NCBI GenBank assembly: GCA_023259135.1
Contig: JAHFQX010000007.1
Location: 7,529-71,528, forward strand
Direction of reading: 5' to 3'
Origin: Betaproteobacteria bacterium
Lineage (GTDB): Bacteria > Pseudomonadota > Gammaproteobacteria > Burkholderiales > JAHFQX01
Length of the DNA stretch: 64,000 nt
A model generated the notes under the pieces. The model was not told the DNA's origin. It searched no databases and saw only the letters and a program-made list of their open reading frames with translations. Below are positions 21,201 to 34,581 of the stretch, in pieces. Within the stretch, counting starts at the first letter, position 1. The number at the start of each line of letters is the position of its first letter. The translations under genes and the position numbers were made by a program.

Positions 21201-21646
21201 CTCCGGTAGCGGAGGGGATATCCGGAATCACCGGTGGGCGTATGAACTCCATTGCCGCCAGGGTCGCATTTGGGGCGCTCGCAAGCATCCCCTGACCCAG
21301 AAATGGTAGATTCACCCCCCGGCCAAGTTGCTACCTCGATGAAGCGCCACCGGCGATCCGATCAACGCAAGCCTTTTTGCCCTACCGGCTATGCATTGCC
21401 GGGGGACGCCTGGCGGGGCTGGACGATCCACGGGGACACCTCGCGGTCCCCCGAGGGCAAACCCTTCAGGGCTCACGAAATGGCTTGGCTGAGCCTGACT
21501 TTCGCCATGGCCCGCAATTGGCGATGCGGCTACGAGGAGCGATTCCAGGCCGCCCTGCTATCCGGGTCCCGTCCACGGCGCCCCGGCGGATGCCGTGGAA
21601 CGTCTCCGGCGGCCGCTGGTGGCCATCAAGGGGGCAGGGTTGTCTT

Positions 21647-21916
21647 TCAGGTGGTGGTGGCGGTGAGTTCCAGGCGTCGCTCGATACGCTCCAGGGGTTT
21701 TTCGTGGTGGTCGAGCCGCTGGTGGATGTTGGCGATGTCCCCATGAATCAAAGCCAGATCGCGGCGCAAGCCCGCCGTATGTTCCTCGATGGAACTGACC
21801 CGGAGTTTCAGGTCATTGAAGCCTTCGTGCATCTCTGCCCGAAGCGTCAGGACATCGTTCCTGAGGTTGCGCAGGTGTTCGAGGATCAGGTTTTCGGTGT
21901 TCTCGGCCATGCTCAT
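21647..21916 (-). CDS. Small coiled-coil protein of unknown function
   Basis: Track ORF 21647..22015 trimmed to ATG 21916 (AGGAAAG ribosome-binding site upstream). MSMAENTENLILEHLRNLRNDVLTLRAEMHEGFNDLKLRVSSIEEHTAGLRRDLALIHGDIANIHQRLDHHEKPLERIERRLEL has a heptad-like pattern throughout. The opposite-strand ORF 21377..22018 looks like its shadow. Confidence 0.5.
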   Translation of the reverse strand: MSMAENTENLILEHLRNLRNDVLTLRAEMHEGFNDLKLRVSSIEEHTAGLRRDLALIHGDIANIHQRLDHHEKPLERIERRLELTATTT

Positions 21917-22039
21917 TCTTTCCTGTGGGTGGATTCTATCATGCTCCCGATTCGTAAGAAAAAAGGGGGTACGGGTATTGGCCTTTTGCCATTCGCACGT
22001 CCTGGGACTGCCCAATGAAGGGAGGTGTGAATGTTCGAT

Positions 22040-22429
22040 TTAGGGCAATTGAAGGCAACGAATCGTATAGACTCCCATCCCAGCCATGACCAGCGAGCCG
22101 AGCACATGAGCGGTCGCGTGAAATCCGGCCCAGGCGTATTCCTGGCGCAGGAGCAAGGATAGCGATTCGGCCGAGAAAGCCGAAAAAGTGGTCAGTCCGC
22201 CGAGAAAACCGGGAATCAAAAATGCTGTTAATTCAGGGGGTATGGCAGGATGGCGCAGGATGTATTCCATCCCTACCCCAATCAAAAAAGCGCCGCCGAG
22301 GTTGGCAAACCAAGTTCCCAAGGGAAAATTCGGCAACACCGGATTCAGCAACACGCCGAGGGCAAAACGCAGGCAAGCCCCAAGCGCAGCTCCCACGGCC
22401 ACGGCTAACCAGGCGTAAGCAGAAGGCAA
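22040..22429 (-). CDS. crcB: Fluoride ion channel CrcB/FluC
   Basis: 129 aa, four TM segments. GAALGACLRF, GTWFANLGGAFLIG, FLGGLTTFSAFS are CrcB hallmarks. The start codon is TTG at 22429 (no nearby ATG). Confidence 0.85.
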   Translation of the reverse strand: MPSAYAWLAVAVGAALGACLRFALGVLLNPVLPNFPLGTWFANLGGAFLIGVGMEYILRHPAIPPELTAFLIPGFLGGLTTFSAFSAESLSLLLRQEYAWAGFHATAHVLGSLVMAGMGVYTIRCLQLP

Positions 22430-22462
22430 GATAGGTGCTCCGGCGAGGAACTGGGGTCGTAC

Positions 22463-23317
22463 TTAGATGCCTGCTGCTCGCTCCGCCGCTTGGACGGTAT
22501 TGCTCACTAAGCAAGCCACAGTCATGGGACCTACTCCGCCTGGTACCGGGGTAATGTAAGTCGCCCGATTTCGCGCCCCCTCGAAATCTACGTCGCCAAC
22601 CAACTTGCCGTTGGAAAGGCGGTTGATGCCGACATCGATCACCGTGGCTCCCTTCTTGACCATGGGACCGGTGATAATGCCGGGGCGACCCGTGGCTACT
22701 ACCAGAATATCTGCCATGATGGTGTACTGGGCCAAATTTTGAGTTTTGGAATTACACAAGCTTACGGTCGCTCCTCGTTGCAGCAGCATCAGTGCGGCAG
22801 GTTTGCCGACGATATTGCTTGCGCCGACGATGACGGCGTTTTGCCCCCAGATGGCTATCTTTTCGTGTTCCAGCATCCGAACGATGCCCGCTGGGGTACA
22901 AGGCGGGAGAGCCGGCTCTCCGACCGTTAGCGCACCGACGTTGCGCAGATGAAAGCCATCGACGTCTTTTTCCGCGGCTATTCCCTCGAGCACGCGCCTT
23001 GATTCGATGCCCGCCGGCAAGGGGAGTTGCACCAGAATACCGTGGATGGCGGGGTCTTGGTTCAGGCCCCGGACGCAGGTAATGATCTCCTGCTGGGATG
23101 CTGTCCCCGGAAATTCATGGATTGCGGAGTGAATCCCGACCTCTTCGCAGGCATGGATCTTGTTGCGAACGTAGACTTTCGAAGCAGGATCTTCACCGAC
23201 GATCACCACCGCCAAACCTGGGGTCGTCCCTTTGCTCTTAAGAATCTCGACCCGATTACGGCATTCTTCCTTCACGACTTTGGCGATGGCCACGCCATCG
23301 ATGATTTTGGCGGTCAT
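22463..23317 (-). CDS. folD: Bifunctional methylenetetrahydrofolate dehydrogenase / methenyl-THF cyclohydrolase
   Basis: 284 aa. MTAKIIDG, PGLAVVIVGEDPAS.VYV, GILVQLPLP, PCTPAG, VIVGASNIVGKP, TPVPGGVGPMT. Confidence 0.9.
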   Translation of the reverse strand: MTAKIIDGVAIAKVVKEECRNRVEILKSKGTTPGLAVVIVGEDPASKVYVRNKIHACEEVGIHSAIHEFPGTASQQEIITCVRGLNQDPAIHGILVQLPLPAGIESRRVLEGIAAEKDVDGFHLRNVGALTVGEPALPPCTPAGIVRMLEHEKIAIWGQNAVIVGASNIVGKPAALMLLQRGATVSLCNSKTQNLAQYTIMADILVVATGRPGIITGPMVKKGATVIDVGINRLSNGKLVGDVDFEGARNRATYITPVPGGVGPMTVACLVSNTVQAAERAAGI

Positions 23318-23322
23318 GACAC

Positions 23323-23691
23323 CTACTGTTTGTTTTCCGAACGATTGGGGTCGGGGGATTTTTTGGGGGGAAGCGCTGGCGCTATGGTCGCCTCGGGCTT
23401 CCGGAGGGATACCGCCGCTTCAGGCTCGATAACCTGGAAAAATATTTCGTCTTCCTTGATCATACCCAGTTCCGCCCTCGCCCGCTCTTCGATGGCGTCG
23501 TAGCCTTGCTTCAAATCGCGAACTTCTGCGTCCATGGCCGCATTACGAGCCCGGAGTCGCCGATTCACCTCGGTCTGGGCCTGGAGCTTGCGGTCCATCT
23601 CCCAGACCCTCAGCCAACTGCCTTTCCCCAGCCAAAGGGGATATTGAACCAACACCAGAAAGGCCACGAGGGTCAGGGTAAGAAGCCGCAT
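23323..23691 (-). CDS. ftsB: Cell division protein FtsB
   Basis: 122 aa. N-terminal [19 protein letters not shown], coiled coil, and [17 protein letters not shown] typical of FtsB. Sits next to eno as in many gammaproteobacteria. Confidence 0.8.
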   Translation of the reverse strand: MRLLTLTLVAFLVLVQYPLWLGKGSWLRVWEMDRKLQAQTEVNRRLRARNAAMDAEVRDLKQGYDAIEERARAELGMIKEDEIFFQVIEPEAAVSLRKPEATIAPALPPKKSPDPNRSENKQ

Positions 23692-24999
<1,308 letters not shown>

Positions 25000-25002
25000 T
25001 TA

Positions 25003-25860
25003 CTATTTACTAAATTGTTTTGTAGGCAAAATATCTTCCGGAAAAGGCTGTCGTTTCACCAATGTATCCAGTTCCTTCAGGGTTGCCAACAAACTGGCCA
25101 TATCCTGCAACGGCCATGCGTTGGGCCCGTCCGATAGGGCCTGGTCAGGATTGGGATGGGTTTCCATGAATAGGCCGGCAATCCCTGCCGCTACCGCTGC
25201 CCGGGCCAAGACCGGCACAAATTCCCGCTGTCCCCCGCTGCTCCCCCCCTGTCCTCCGGGCAGTTGGACCGAATGGGTGGCGTCGAATACCACCGGGCAA
25301 CCGGTTTGCCGCATGACGGCTAAAGAACGCATGTCCGCCACTAGGTTGTTGTAACCGAAGGAAACACCCCGTTCACATACCAAAATATTGTCTTGGCCGC
25401 TGGCTACCCTGGCCTTGGCGATTACATGGACCATGTCCCAAGGAGCCAAAAATTGCCCTTTCTTGATGTTGACAGGCTTGCCGGCCCGGGCTACCGCTTG
25501 AATGAAATCGGTTTGCCGGCACAGAAAAGCGGGGGTTTGCAAGACATCCACCACCTCTGCTGCCCTGGAAGCTTCCGCGGGGGTATGAACATCGGTTAAG
25601 ACTGGTACGCCAATCTGCCGCTTAACTTCAAGTAAAATATCAAGACCTTTATCTAACCCAATGCCTCTATAAGATTTTTCAGATGTTCTATTTGCCTTGT
25701 CATAGGATGACTTGTAGATAAAGGGGATATCCAGTCCGGCGCAGATTTCTTTAAGGAGCCCGGCCGTATCCAAGGCCAACTGCCGAGATTCGATGACGCA
25801 GGGCCCAGCGATGAGAAACAGCGGATGCCCGAGACCGGCATCGAAGCCGCAGAGTTTCAT
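25003..25860 (-). CDS. kdsA: 3-deoxy-8-phosphooctulonate synthase
   Basis: 285 aa. [45 protein letters not shown]. Confidence 0.9.
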   Translation of the reverse strand: MKLCGFDAGLGHPLFLIAGPCVIESRQLALDTAGLLKEICAGLDIPFIYKSSYDKANRTSEKSYRGIGLDKGLDILLEVKRQIGVPVLTDVHTPAEASRAAEVVDVLQTPAFLCRQTDFIQAVARAGKPVNIKKGQFLAPWDMVHVIAKARVASGQDNILVCERGVSFGYNNLVADMRSLAVMRQTGCPVVFDATHSVQLPGGQGGSSGGQREFVPVLARAAVAAGIAGLFMETHPNPDQALSDGPNAWPLQDMASLLATLKELDTLVKRQPFPEDILPTKQFSK

Positions 25861-25870
25861 GGGTAGGGAA

Positions 25871-27948
<2,078 letters not shown>

Positions 27949-27958
27949 CGCTTCCTCG

Positions 27959-30367
27959 TCACGCCCGGCCAGGCGAAACGATGGCTTCGCCGTTCTTCTG
28001 GCCGGCTAGAAACAGCCAGGTTTCGACGACCGTATCCGGGTTGAGGGAAAGACTTTCTATCCCCTCTTCCACCAGCCACTGAGCCAAATCGGGGTGATCC
28101 GACGGGCCTTGGCCGCAAATTCCCACGTATTTACCGGCTTTTCGGCATGCCTGGATGGCGAGATGGAGAAGGGCTTTCACTGCCGGATTCCGTTCGTCGA
28201 AAGAGTCAGCGATGATCCCCGAATCCCGATCCAGCGCCAAGGTGAGTTGGGTAAGATCGTTGGAGCCGATGGAAAAGCCGTCGAAATGCTTGAGAAAGGC
28301 ATCGGCCAGTAGCGCATTGGCGGGGATTTCGCACATCATAATGACCCGCAATCCGTTGACCCCGCGCTTGAGTCCGTTTTGCCCCAAAAGATCAATGACC
28401 GCCTGGGCTTCGTCCACGGTGCGCACGAAGGGCACCATGATTTCCACGTTGGTCAGCCCCATTTCGTCCCGGACCTTGCGCAGTGCCTGGCACTCCAACT
28501 CGAAACAGCGGCGGAACGATTCGGCCACGTAGCGGGATGCGCCACGGAAACCCAGCATGGGGTTTTCTTCACGGGGTTCGTAGCGCTGCCCTCCCAGCAG
28601 GGCCGAGTATTCGTTGGACTTGAAATCCGACAAGCGGACAATGACCGGTTTGGGCCAAAATGCCGCTCCCAGGGTGGCAATGCCCTCGGTCAGTTTCTCC
28701 ACATAAAATTCCATCGGACTGGCATAGCCGCTGCTGCGTTGTTCCACGGCTTGCTTGATATCCGCCGGCAGCCGGGGGTAATCGAGGATTGCTTTTGGAT
28801 GAACTCCGATCATCCGAGCGATGATGAATTCGAGTCGTGCAAGCCCCACTCCGGCATTGGGTAATCGCCGGAGTTCGAAAGCCAGCTCCGGATTGCCCAC
28901 GTTCATGCTGATTTTCACCGGAGGTACGGGCATGGTATCCAGAGACAGGTCCGTAACCTGGACTTCCAACAGGCCTTCGTAGATGTGGCCGGTGTCGCCT
29001 TCGGCGCAGGATACAGTGACTTGTTGGCCATCCTCCAGCATTCGCGTGGCGTCCGCGCAACCCACCACGGCCGGAATCCCCAATTCCCTGGCGATAATCG
29101 CGGCATGACAGGTGCGGCCGCCGCGATTGGTGACGATGGCCGCAGCCCGCTTCATCACCGGCTCCCAGTCCGGATCGGTCATGTCGGTGACCAACACGTC
29201 CCCTGGTTGCACTCGGGCCATTTCGCTGGCATCGGCGATCAGCCGCACGGGCCCCAGCCCGACTTTCTGGCCGATAGCGCGCCCAGAAGCCAGTACCCGC
29301 GATTTCCGCTGCAGTCGGTAACGTCGCAGCACTTCGGTGGAGGAACGAGATTTCACGGTTTCCGGCCGGGCTTGCAGAATGTAGAGCTTGCCATCCAGGC
29401 CGTCCTTGCCCCACTCGATATCCATGGGGCGGCCGTAGTGCTCTTCGATAATCACGGCGTAGCGAGCAAGCTCTTCGACGTCGGCATCGGTGAGAGAAAA
29501 GCGCTGCCGCTCGGCCTGGCCGACTTCCAGGGTCACCACCGATTGGCCGGCCGCCCGTTGATCCGAGTAAACCATTTTAATGGCCTTGGAACCCAAATTA
29601 CGCCGCAGAATAGCGGGCCGCCGGGCTTTCAAGGCAGGCTTGTAAACATAAAACTCGTCGGGGTTCACCCCTCCTTGCACCACCGTTTCCCCTAAGCCAT
29701 AGGAGGCTGTGATGAACACCACTTGATCGAAGCCGGATTCCGTATCCAGGGTAAACAGTACCCCGCTGGACCCCAAATCGCTGCGCACCATGCGTTGCAC
29801 TCCCACCGAGAGGGCAACCTCGGAATGGATAAAACCTTTATGCACCCGATAGGAGATAGCCCGATCGTTGTACAGCGAGGCGCAAACATGCTTGACGGCT
29901 TCCAGCAAATTTTGCGGGCCGCGGATATTCAAAAAAGTTTCTTGTTGGCCGGCGAAGGAAGCATCCGGCAGGTCTTCGGCGGTTGCCGAAGAGCGCACTG
30001 CCACAGAGATATCGACGCCTTCCTGGACCACCAAGCGTGCATGGGCTTGGATGATTTCCCGCTGGAATCGCTCCGGAAAAGGGGTATCCATTATCCAACC
30101 ACGAATTTCCCCCCCAGCCTCAGCCAGCGCCACGGTATCCTCGGCATCCAATCCGGCAAGCCGCTGCTCAATACGTTTTTCTAGTCCCTGTTGCGCGAGA
30201 AAATCCCGATAAGCTTCGGCGGTGGTGGCAAATCCACCGGGCACCCGGACGTCGGCGTGCGACAGGTGGTTGATCATCTCTCCCAAAGAAGCATTCTTGC
30301 CGCCCACCCGGGCAACATCCGCCATGCTCAGTTCGTCAAACCACAGCACATAAGGAAAAGAACTCAT
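27959..30367 (-). CDS. ppsA: Phosphoenolpyruvate synthase
   Basis: Track ORF 27959..30667 trimmed to ATG 30367 ([31 protein letters not shown]). Phospho-His context [18 protein letters not shown]-terminal PEP-utilising domain [10 protein letters not shown]. Confidence 0.9.
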   Translation of the reverse strand: MSSFPYVLWFDELSMADVARVGGKNASLGEMINHLSHADVRVPGGFATTAEAYRDFLAQQGLEKRIEQRLAGLDAEDTVALAEAGGEIRGWIMDTPFPERFQREIIQAHARLVVQEGVDISVAVRSSATAEDLPDASFAGQQETFLNIRGPQNLLEAVKHVCASLYNDRAISYRVHKGFIHSEVALSVGVQRMVRSDLGSSGVLFTLDTESGFDQVVFITASYGLGETVVQGGVNPDEFYVYKPALKARRPAILRRNLGSKAIKMVYSDQRAAGQSVVTLEVGQAERQRFSLTDADVEELARYAVIIEEHYGRPMDIEWGKDGLDGKLYILQARPETVKSRSSTEVLRRYRLQRKSRVLASGRAIGQKVGLGPVRLIADASEMARVQPGDVLVTDMTDPDWEPVMKRAAAIVTNRGGRTCHAAIIARELGIPAVVGCADATRMLEDGQQVTVSCAEGDTGHIYEGLLEVQVTDLSLDTMPVPPVKISMNVGNPELAFELRRLPNAGVGLARLEFIIARMIGVHPKAILDYPRLPADIKQAVEQRSSGYASPMEFYVEKLTEGIATLGAAFWPKPVIVRLSDFKSNEYSALLGGQRYEPREENPMLGFRGASRYVAESFRRCFELECQALRKVRDEMGLTNVEIMVPFVRTVDEAQAVIDLLGQNGLKRGVNGLRVIMMCEIPANALLADAFLKHFDGFSIGSNDLTQLTLALDRDSGIIADSFDERNPAVKALLHLAIQACRKAGKYVGICGQGPSDHPDLAQWLVEEGIESLSLNPDTVVETWLFLAGQKNGEAIVSPGRA

Positions 30368-30446
30368 CAAGACCACCTGGGGTAAATACGTTGGTGTACA
30401 ATCGACAGCGTATTTTACCCTCTCCTGCAACGACGTGCACCACGCC

Positions 30447-31271
30447 ATGACCCGCAAGCGCACTGCTTTCTTCATTTCGGACAGGACCGGCATTACCGTC
30501 GAGATGCTGGGGCACAGCCTGCTGGCCCAGTTCGATGGCCTGGGCTTTAGCGAGGTGACGATCCCCTTCGTCGATACCCCGGAAAAAGCCGCCGCTGTGG
30601 TAGACAGCATCCATGAAGCCGGAGTAAAAGACGGCCTTCGGCCTTTGGTGTTCTGCACGCTGATCAATCCCGAGGTTAATCAAACTCTCGCTTCGGCCAA
30701 CGCCTTGACCCTGGATTGCTTCCATACTTTCTTGTCCCCCATGGAGAAGGAACTGGGCATTCAGCCCTCCACGGTGGCAGGACGCTCTCACCGCATGGAT
30801 GACCATCTGAGTTATCATCATCGGATCGACGCCGTCAACTACGCCTTGGGCCATGATGACGGCGTGTCGACGCGGGATCTCAACGATGCCGACGTAATTC
30901 TCATCGGCGTATCCCGCTGCGGCAAGACCCCCACCTGCCTGTATCTGGCCTTGCAATATGGGATTCGGGCGGCCAACTACCCTTTGATCCCGGAAGATTT
31001 CAGCTCGATGCGACTGCCTCCGCAGTTAAAGCCTTTTCGGAACAAGCTGTATGGCCTGACCATCGATCCCGAACGGCTCACTCAGATCCGTTCCGAGCGC
31101 AAGCCCGGAAGCCGCTATGCCACCCTGGCCAACTGCCAATTCGAAGTCCGCGAAGCGGAAGCCTTGATGCGCCAGGAAGGCATTCCCTATCTGGATACCA
31201 CCACCAAGTCCATAGAGGAATTAGCCACCACGGTGCTCCACGAAACCCGGCTGCGACGACGGATTTTTTAA
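30447..31271 (+). CDS. ppsR: PEP synthase regulatory protein (bifunctional kinase/pyrophosphorylase, DUF299)
   Basis: Track start 30435 is GTG; ATG at 30447. [13 protein letters not shown]-loop-like [21 protein letters not shown]. Divergent from ppsA as in E. coli. Confidence 0.85.
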   Translation: MTRKRTAFFISDRTGITVEMLGHSLLAQFDGLGFSEVTIPFVDTPEKAAAVVDSIHEAGVKDGLRPLVFCTLINPEVNQTLASANALTLDCFHTFLSPMEKELGIQPSTVAGRSHRMDDHLSYHHRIDAVNYALGHDDGVSTRDLNDADVILIGVSRCGKTPTCLYLALQYGIRAANYPLIPEDFSSMRLPPQLKPFRNKLYGLTIDPERLTQIRSERKPGSRYATLANCQFEVREAEALMRQEGIPYLDTTTKSIEELATTVLHETRLRRRIF

Positions 31272-32041
31272 TCCGGCCGCGAGCCGCTACGGGCGCATGG
31301 ATCCTGGCAGTAGAATGCTTTGAGTTGGGCGTAAAGAGCCGGGTAATTTGTCTTGACCGTGTTGGGAACTTCAAAAAAAGCCTCGGTCAGCACCGCAAAG
31401 AACTCCGCCGGACTTTCTCCGGCATAAGGGTCGATGGGGGTCTGTTCTCCCCGTTCCACTTGACGGCACAGCTTTTCGTAAGCGTCGTGAAATTCCTTGG
31501 TCCAGCGCTGTTGGCTCATTCCCCGCCGCAAAGGGGGAAAACCGTCGGCATCGCCATTGAGCATGTCCAGCTTGTGGGCAAATTCGTGCAGCACCACGTT
31601 GAAGCCCCCTCCACTCTCCCCTGCCGGTCCCCAGGCCAGAATCACCGGTCCTCCCAGCCAGGCTTCCCCCGAGAGAGGTTCCCGGCTGATATGAACAATG
31701 CCGGAGTCGTCGATATATTCCCGTTCGGGGACGAACTCCTCGGGATAGACGATGATTTCACTCCATCCGCGGTAGCAGTCGAAATCCAGGTTGAGGATCA
31801 GCAGACAGGCTCGGGCCGCGATGTCTAGCCGCATGGCGTCCGTGACGACCAAACCGCCGGCGCCGCTGAAATGCTTGTCTTGCAGGAACAGCGTCGCCCA
31901 GTCCCGCAAGCGCTGCAGTTCCCGGGAAGAAAGTCCGTGAAGCAGCGGGGTGGCGGCCAGCATAGCCTGCCACAGGGCATCCTCGATGGGGTGGAGTGTA
32001 AGGATGCGGCCGCGTCGCCAGGCCTTAAAGCTCCACACCGC
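31268..32041 (-). CDS. mtfA: MtfA-like M90 zinc peptidase
   Basis: Track ORF 31268..32086 begins at TTG. GTG at 32041 gives an N-terminus (M)[10 protein letters not shown]...[13 protein letters not shown] that parallels E. coli MtfA; an ATG at 31963 is a further option. Zinc site [11 protein letters not shown], and [11 protein letters not shown]. Confidence 0.7.
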   Translation of the reverse strand, partial: AVWSFKAWRRGRILTLHPIEDALWQAMLAATPLLHGLSSRELQRLRDWATLFLQDKHFSGAGGLVVTDAMRLDIAARACLLILNLDFDCYRGWSEIIVYPEEFVPEREYIDDSGIVHISREPLSGEAWLGGPVILAWGPAGESGGGFNVVLHEFAHKLDMLNGDADGFPPLRRGMSQQRWTKEFHDAYEKLCRQVERGEQTPIDPYAGESPAEFFAVLTEAFFEVPNTVKTNYPALYAQLKAFYCQDPCARSGSRPD

Positions 32042-34496
32042 GGGAACGCCTTCTGGAGAGCGCGGCGGATTCTTGTGCCGGGCCAAACACCAAGAATTTC
32101 ACTTCCTGGTAATGCTTGACGAAGTGGACAGAGAGACCTTTCCGAACGTATCCCGGCAAGAGATCGAAGTCCCGTCGATTGGCCTCGGGGAGAATCAGCT
32201 TCATGATGCCGGCGCGTCGGGCCGCCACCACTTTCTCGCGGATGCCCCCCACCGGCAATACCTCACCCGTGAGGGACAGTTCCCCCGACATCGCCAGGGA
32301 CCGCCGTAGCGCCTGATTCCGGGCTAGAGACAGCAATCCGGTAGCCATGGTGATCCCCGCGCTGGGACCATCCTTGGGCGTGGCGCCTTCGGGAACGTGC
32401 AGATGGACGAAGGCTTCGTCAAAGAAAGCCGTCGGCGCTCCGAACTCCTTGAGATGGGCGCAGATATAGCTATAGGCAATCTCCGCCGATTCCCGCATGA
32501 CCTCTCCGAGCTTGCCGGTGAGCTTGAAGCCACGGTTCTTGGTATGCACCAAACCGGCCTCCACGCTCAAAATCACCCCGCCCAAGGGCGTCCATGCCAG
32601 CCCGGTGGCTACCCCCACCCCTTTGAGCGGCTGTTCCCGGGTGAAAATCGGTTTGCCTAGGTATTCCTCCACTTCCTGGGGGCCAATCCGCAATGGCCGG
32701 GTTTCCCCTTCCACGATCCGCACCGCCGCCTTGCGCACGATGCGGCCCACTTGCTTTTCCAGACCCCGCACTCCGGCTTCCCGCGCATAACCCTCAATGA
32801 GCCGCCGCAACGCCGGAGTGCTGAAGCTCAATTGCCCCTTCTCCACCCCGCTACGCTCCAGGAAACGGGGCACCAGATGGCGTTTGGCGATCTCGACTTT
32901 TTCCTCGGAGATATAGCCGGGCAGCCGGATGATCTCCATCCGGTCCAGCAGCGCGCCAGGAATCGTGTCCAACTGGTTGGCGGTGCAGACGAACAGCACT
33001 TTGGACAGATCGAAGCGCACATCCAGATAATGATCCAGAAAATCGCTGCTCTGCTCCGGATCCAGGGCCTCCAGCAAAGCTGAGGCGGGATCGCCCTGGT
33101 AAGAGGCGCCGATCTTGTCCACTTCGTCCAGCATGATCACCGGGTTGGCGGTCCCAGCATCCTTGATGGCCTGGATAAACTTGCCCGGCATGGCGCCGAT
33201 GTAAGTGCGGCGGTGGCCCTTGATCTCGGCTTCATCCCGCATGCCCCCCACCGAAAAACGGAAGAACCGGCGGCTGAGGGTGGCGGCTATGGAACGGCCG
33301 ATGGAGGTTTTTCCCACCCCCGGCGGACCCACCAGCAGGATGATGGAACCGGATACGGCCCCTTTTAGCTTCCCCACCGCCAAAAATTCAATAATCCGTT
33401 CCTTGACGTCCTGCAAGCCGTAATGTTCCTCATCCAGCACCTTGCGGGCCTGCCGCAAATCCAATTTATCCTCGGAATGTTTTCCCCAGGGAAGCTGGGT
33501 GAGCCAATCCAGGTAATTGCGGGTGACCGCGTATTCCGGAGAGCCCACCTCCAAAAGAGAGAGTTTTTGCATTTCCTCATCGATCCGCTTCGCGGCGCCC
33601 TCCGGCAGCGATAGCGCGGCGATCCGTTCCCGGAAGCGTTCCAGGTCGGCGGTGCGGTCGTCCTTGGCAATGCCCAGTTCCTTTTGAATCGCCTTCAACT
33701 GTTCCCGCAGAAAGAAATCCCGCTGCTGCTTCTCGATTTTTTCTCCGACCTGCTGGCGAATCTGGAACTGGAGCTTGGCCACGTCGAGTTCTTTCTTGAT
33801 CAGCACCAGCACCTTCTCCATGCGCCGCCGCAGATTGAAGGCTTCCAGCACGCCTTGCAGGTCTTCCTTGGAGGAGGTGGTCAGGCTGGCGGCGAAATCC
33901 GCCAGCAAGGAAGGCTGGTTGGGACTGAAGCGATTCAGGAAAAACTTCAGTTCCTCGCTATACAAGGAGTTAAGCGGGATCAGCTCCTTGATGGTGTTGA
34001 TAATGGCAACCGCATAGGCTTTGATTTCATCGGTGGCTTGGGATCGCCGATCCACAGGATATTCCACCCGGGCCACGTAGGGGGCGCTGTCGCTTATCCA
34101 TTCGGAGACGCGAAATCGGGTCACCCCCTCGGCGATGAATTGCAACTTCCCATCGGTCTGCATGGGATGATGCATTCGGACCACAGTCCCCACCAGATAA
34201 AAATCCTCGGGCCGAGCCTGCTCCGGCCGCTCCGATTTGGCCAATACCAGCCCGACCATCCGGTGCGGGGTGGTGCCGACCTGTTCCAAGGTCGCCATCC
34301 ACGGATTTTCGTTCATCAGCAAAGGTAGTGTCTGCGCGGGGAAGAACGGCCGCTCCGTGAGCGGTAGCAAGTGGAGGGTCGTGGGAAGCGGCGGCAAGGG
34401 CGCGGGCAACCCTGCCTGGGAAGCGGAATCACTGCCCCCCCCCTCCAGTACTTCGCCTTCCATCGGGTCAGGCTGTTGAGCGGATTCGGAAATCAT
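32025..34496 (-). CDS. lon: ATP-dependent Lon protease
   Basis: 823 aa. LON N-domain LPLTERPFFP, Walker A GPPGVGKTS, Walker B IMLDEVDK, protease Ser PKDGPSAGI. Has about 45 extra acidic/Pro-rich residues at the N-terminus. Confidence 0.9.
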   Translation of the reverse strand: MISESAQQPDPMEGEVLEGGGSDSASQAGLPAPLPPLPTTLHLLPLTERPFFPAQTLPLLMNENPWMATLEQVGTTPHRMVGLVLAKSERPEQARPEDFYLVGTVVRMHHPMQTDGKLQFIAEGVTRFRVSEWISDSAPYVARVEYPVDRRSQATDEIKAYAVAIINTIKELIPLNSLYSEELKFFLNRFSPNQPSLLADFAASLTTSSKEDLQGVLEAFNLRRRMEKVLVLIKKELDVAKLQFQIRQQVGEKIEKQQRDFFLREQLKAIQKELGIAKDDRTADLERFRERIAALSLPEGAAKRIDEEMQKLSLLEVGSPEYAVTRNYLDWLTQLPWGKHSEDKLDLRQARKVLDEEHYGLQDVKERIIEFLAVGKLKGAVSGSIILLVGPPGVGKTSIGRSIAATLSRRFFRFSVGGMRDEAEIKGHRRTYIGAMPGKFIQAIKDAGTANPVIMLDEVDKIGASYQGDPASALLEALDPEQSSDFLDHYLDVRFDLSKVLFVCTANQLDTIPGALLDRMEIIRLPGYISEEKVEIAKRHLVPRFLERSGVEKGQLSFSTPALRRLIEGYAREAGVRGLEKQVGRIVRKAAVRIVEGETRPLRIGPQEVEEYLGKPIFTREQPLKGVGVATGLAWTPLGGVILSVEAGLVHTKNRGFKLTGKLGEVMRESAEIAYSYICAHLKEFGAPTAFFDEAFVHLHVPEGATPKDGPSAGITMATGLLSLARNQALRRSLAMSGELSLTGEVLPVGGIREKVVAARRAGIMKLILPEANRRDFDLLPGYVRKGLSVHFVKHYQEVKFLVFGPAQESAALSRRRSRGVEL

Positions 34497-34537
34497 CGGA
34501 AAGGATCTTTAGCGCGATTGAGTCAGCAGCGAATGGT

Positions 34538-34567
34538 ATGTGGGGATGGATGGGCTGCATTGCAAGG
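34538..34567 (-). promoter_or_regulatory. Sigma32 (heat-shock)-like promoter for lon
   Basis: Minus strand reads CCCTTGCAA-tgcagcccatccat-CCCCACATA against consensus CCCTTGAAA-N13-15-CCCCATNTA (one mismatch in each box, 14-nt spacer). The -10 box ends about 40 nt upstream of the lon ATG (34496). Confidence 0.45.
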
Positions 34568-34581
34568 GCGGTTACCCGTAA

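Noticed and set aside
22430-22462. Fluoride riboswitch expected upstream of crcB
   Set aside because: Only about 33 nt separate the folD stop from the crcB start, too short for the riboswitch fold. crcB appears to be co-transcribed with folD.
32025-32086. 62-nt same-strand overlap between the lon 3' end and the mtfA 5' end
   Set aside because: This is an artefact of the TTG start chosen by the track. A GTG at 32041 gives an MtfA N-terminus that parallels the E. coli protein and reduces the overlap to 17 nt, which is unremarkable.
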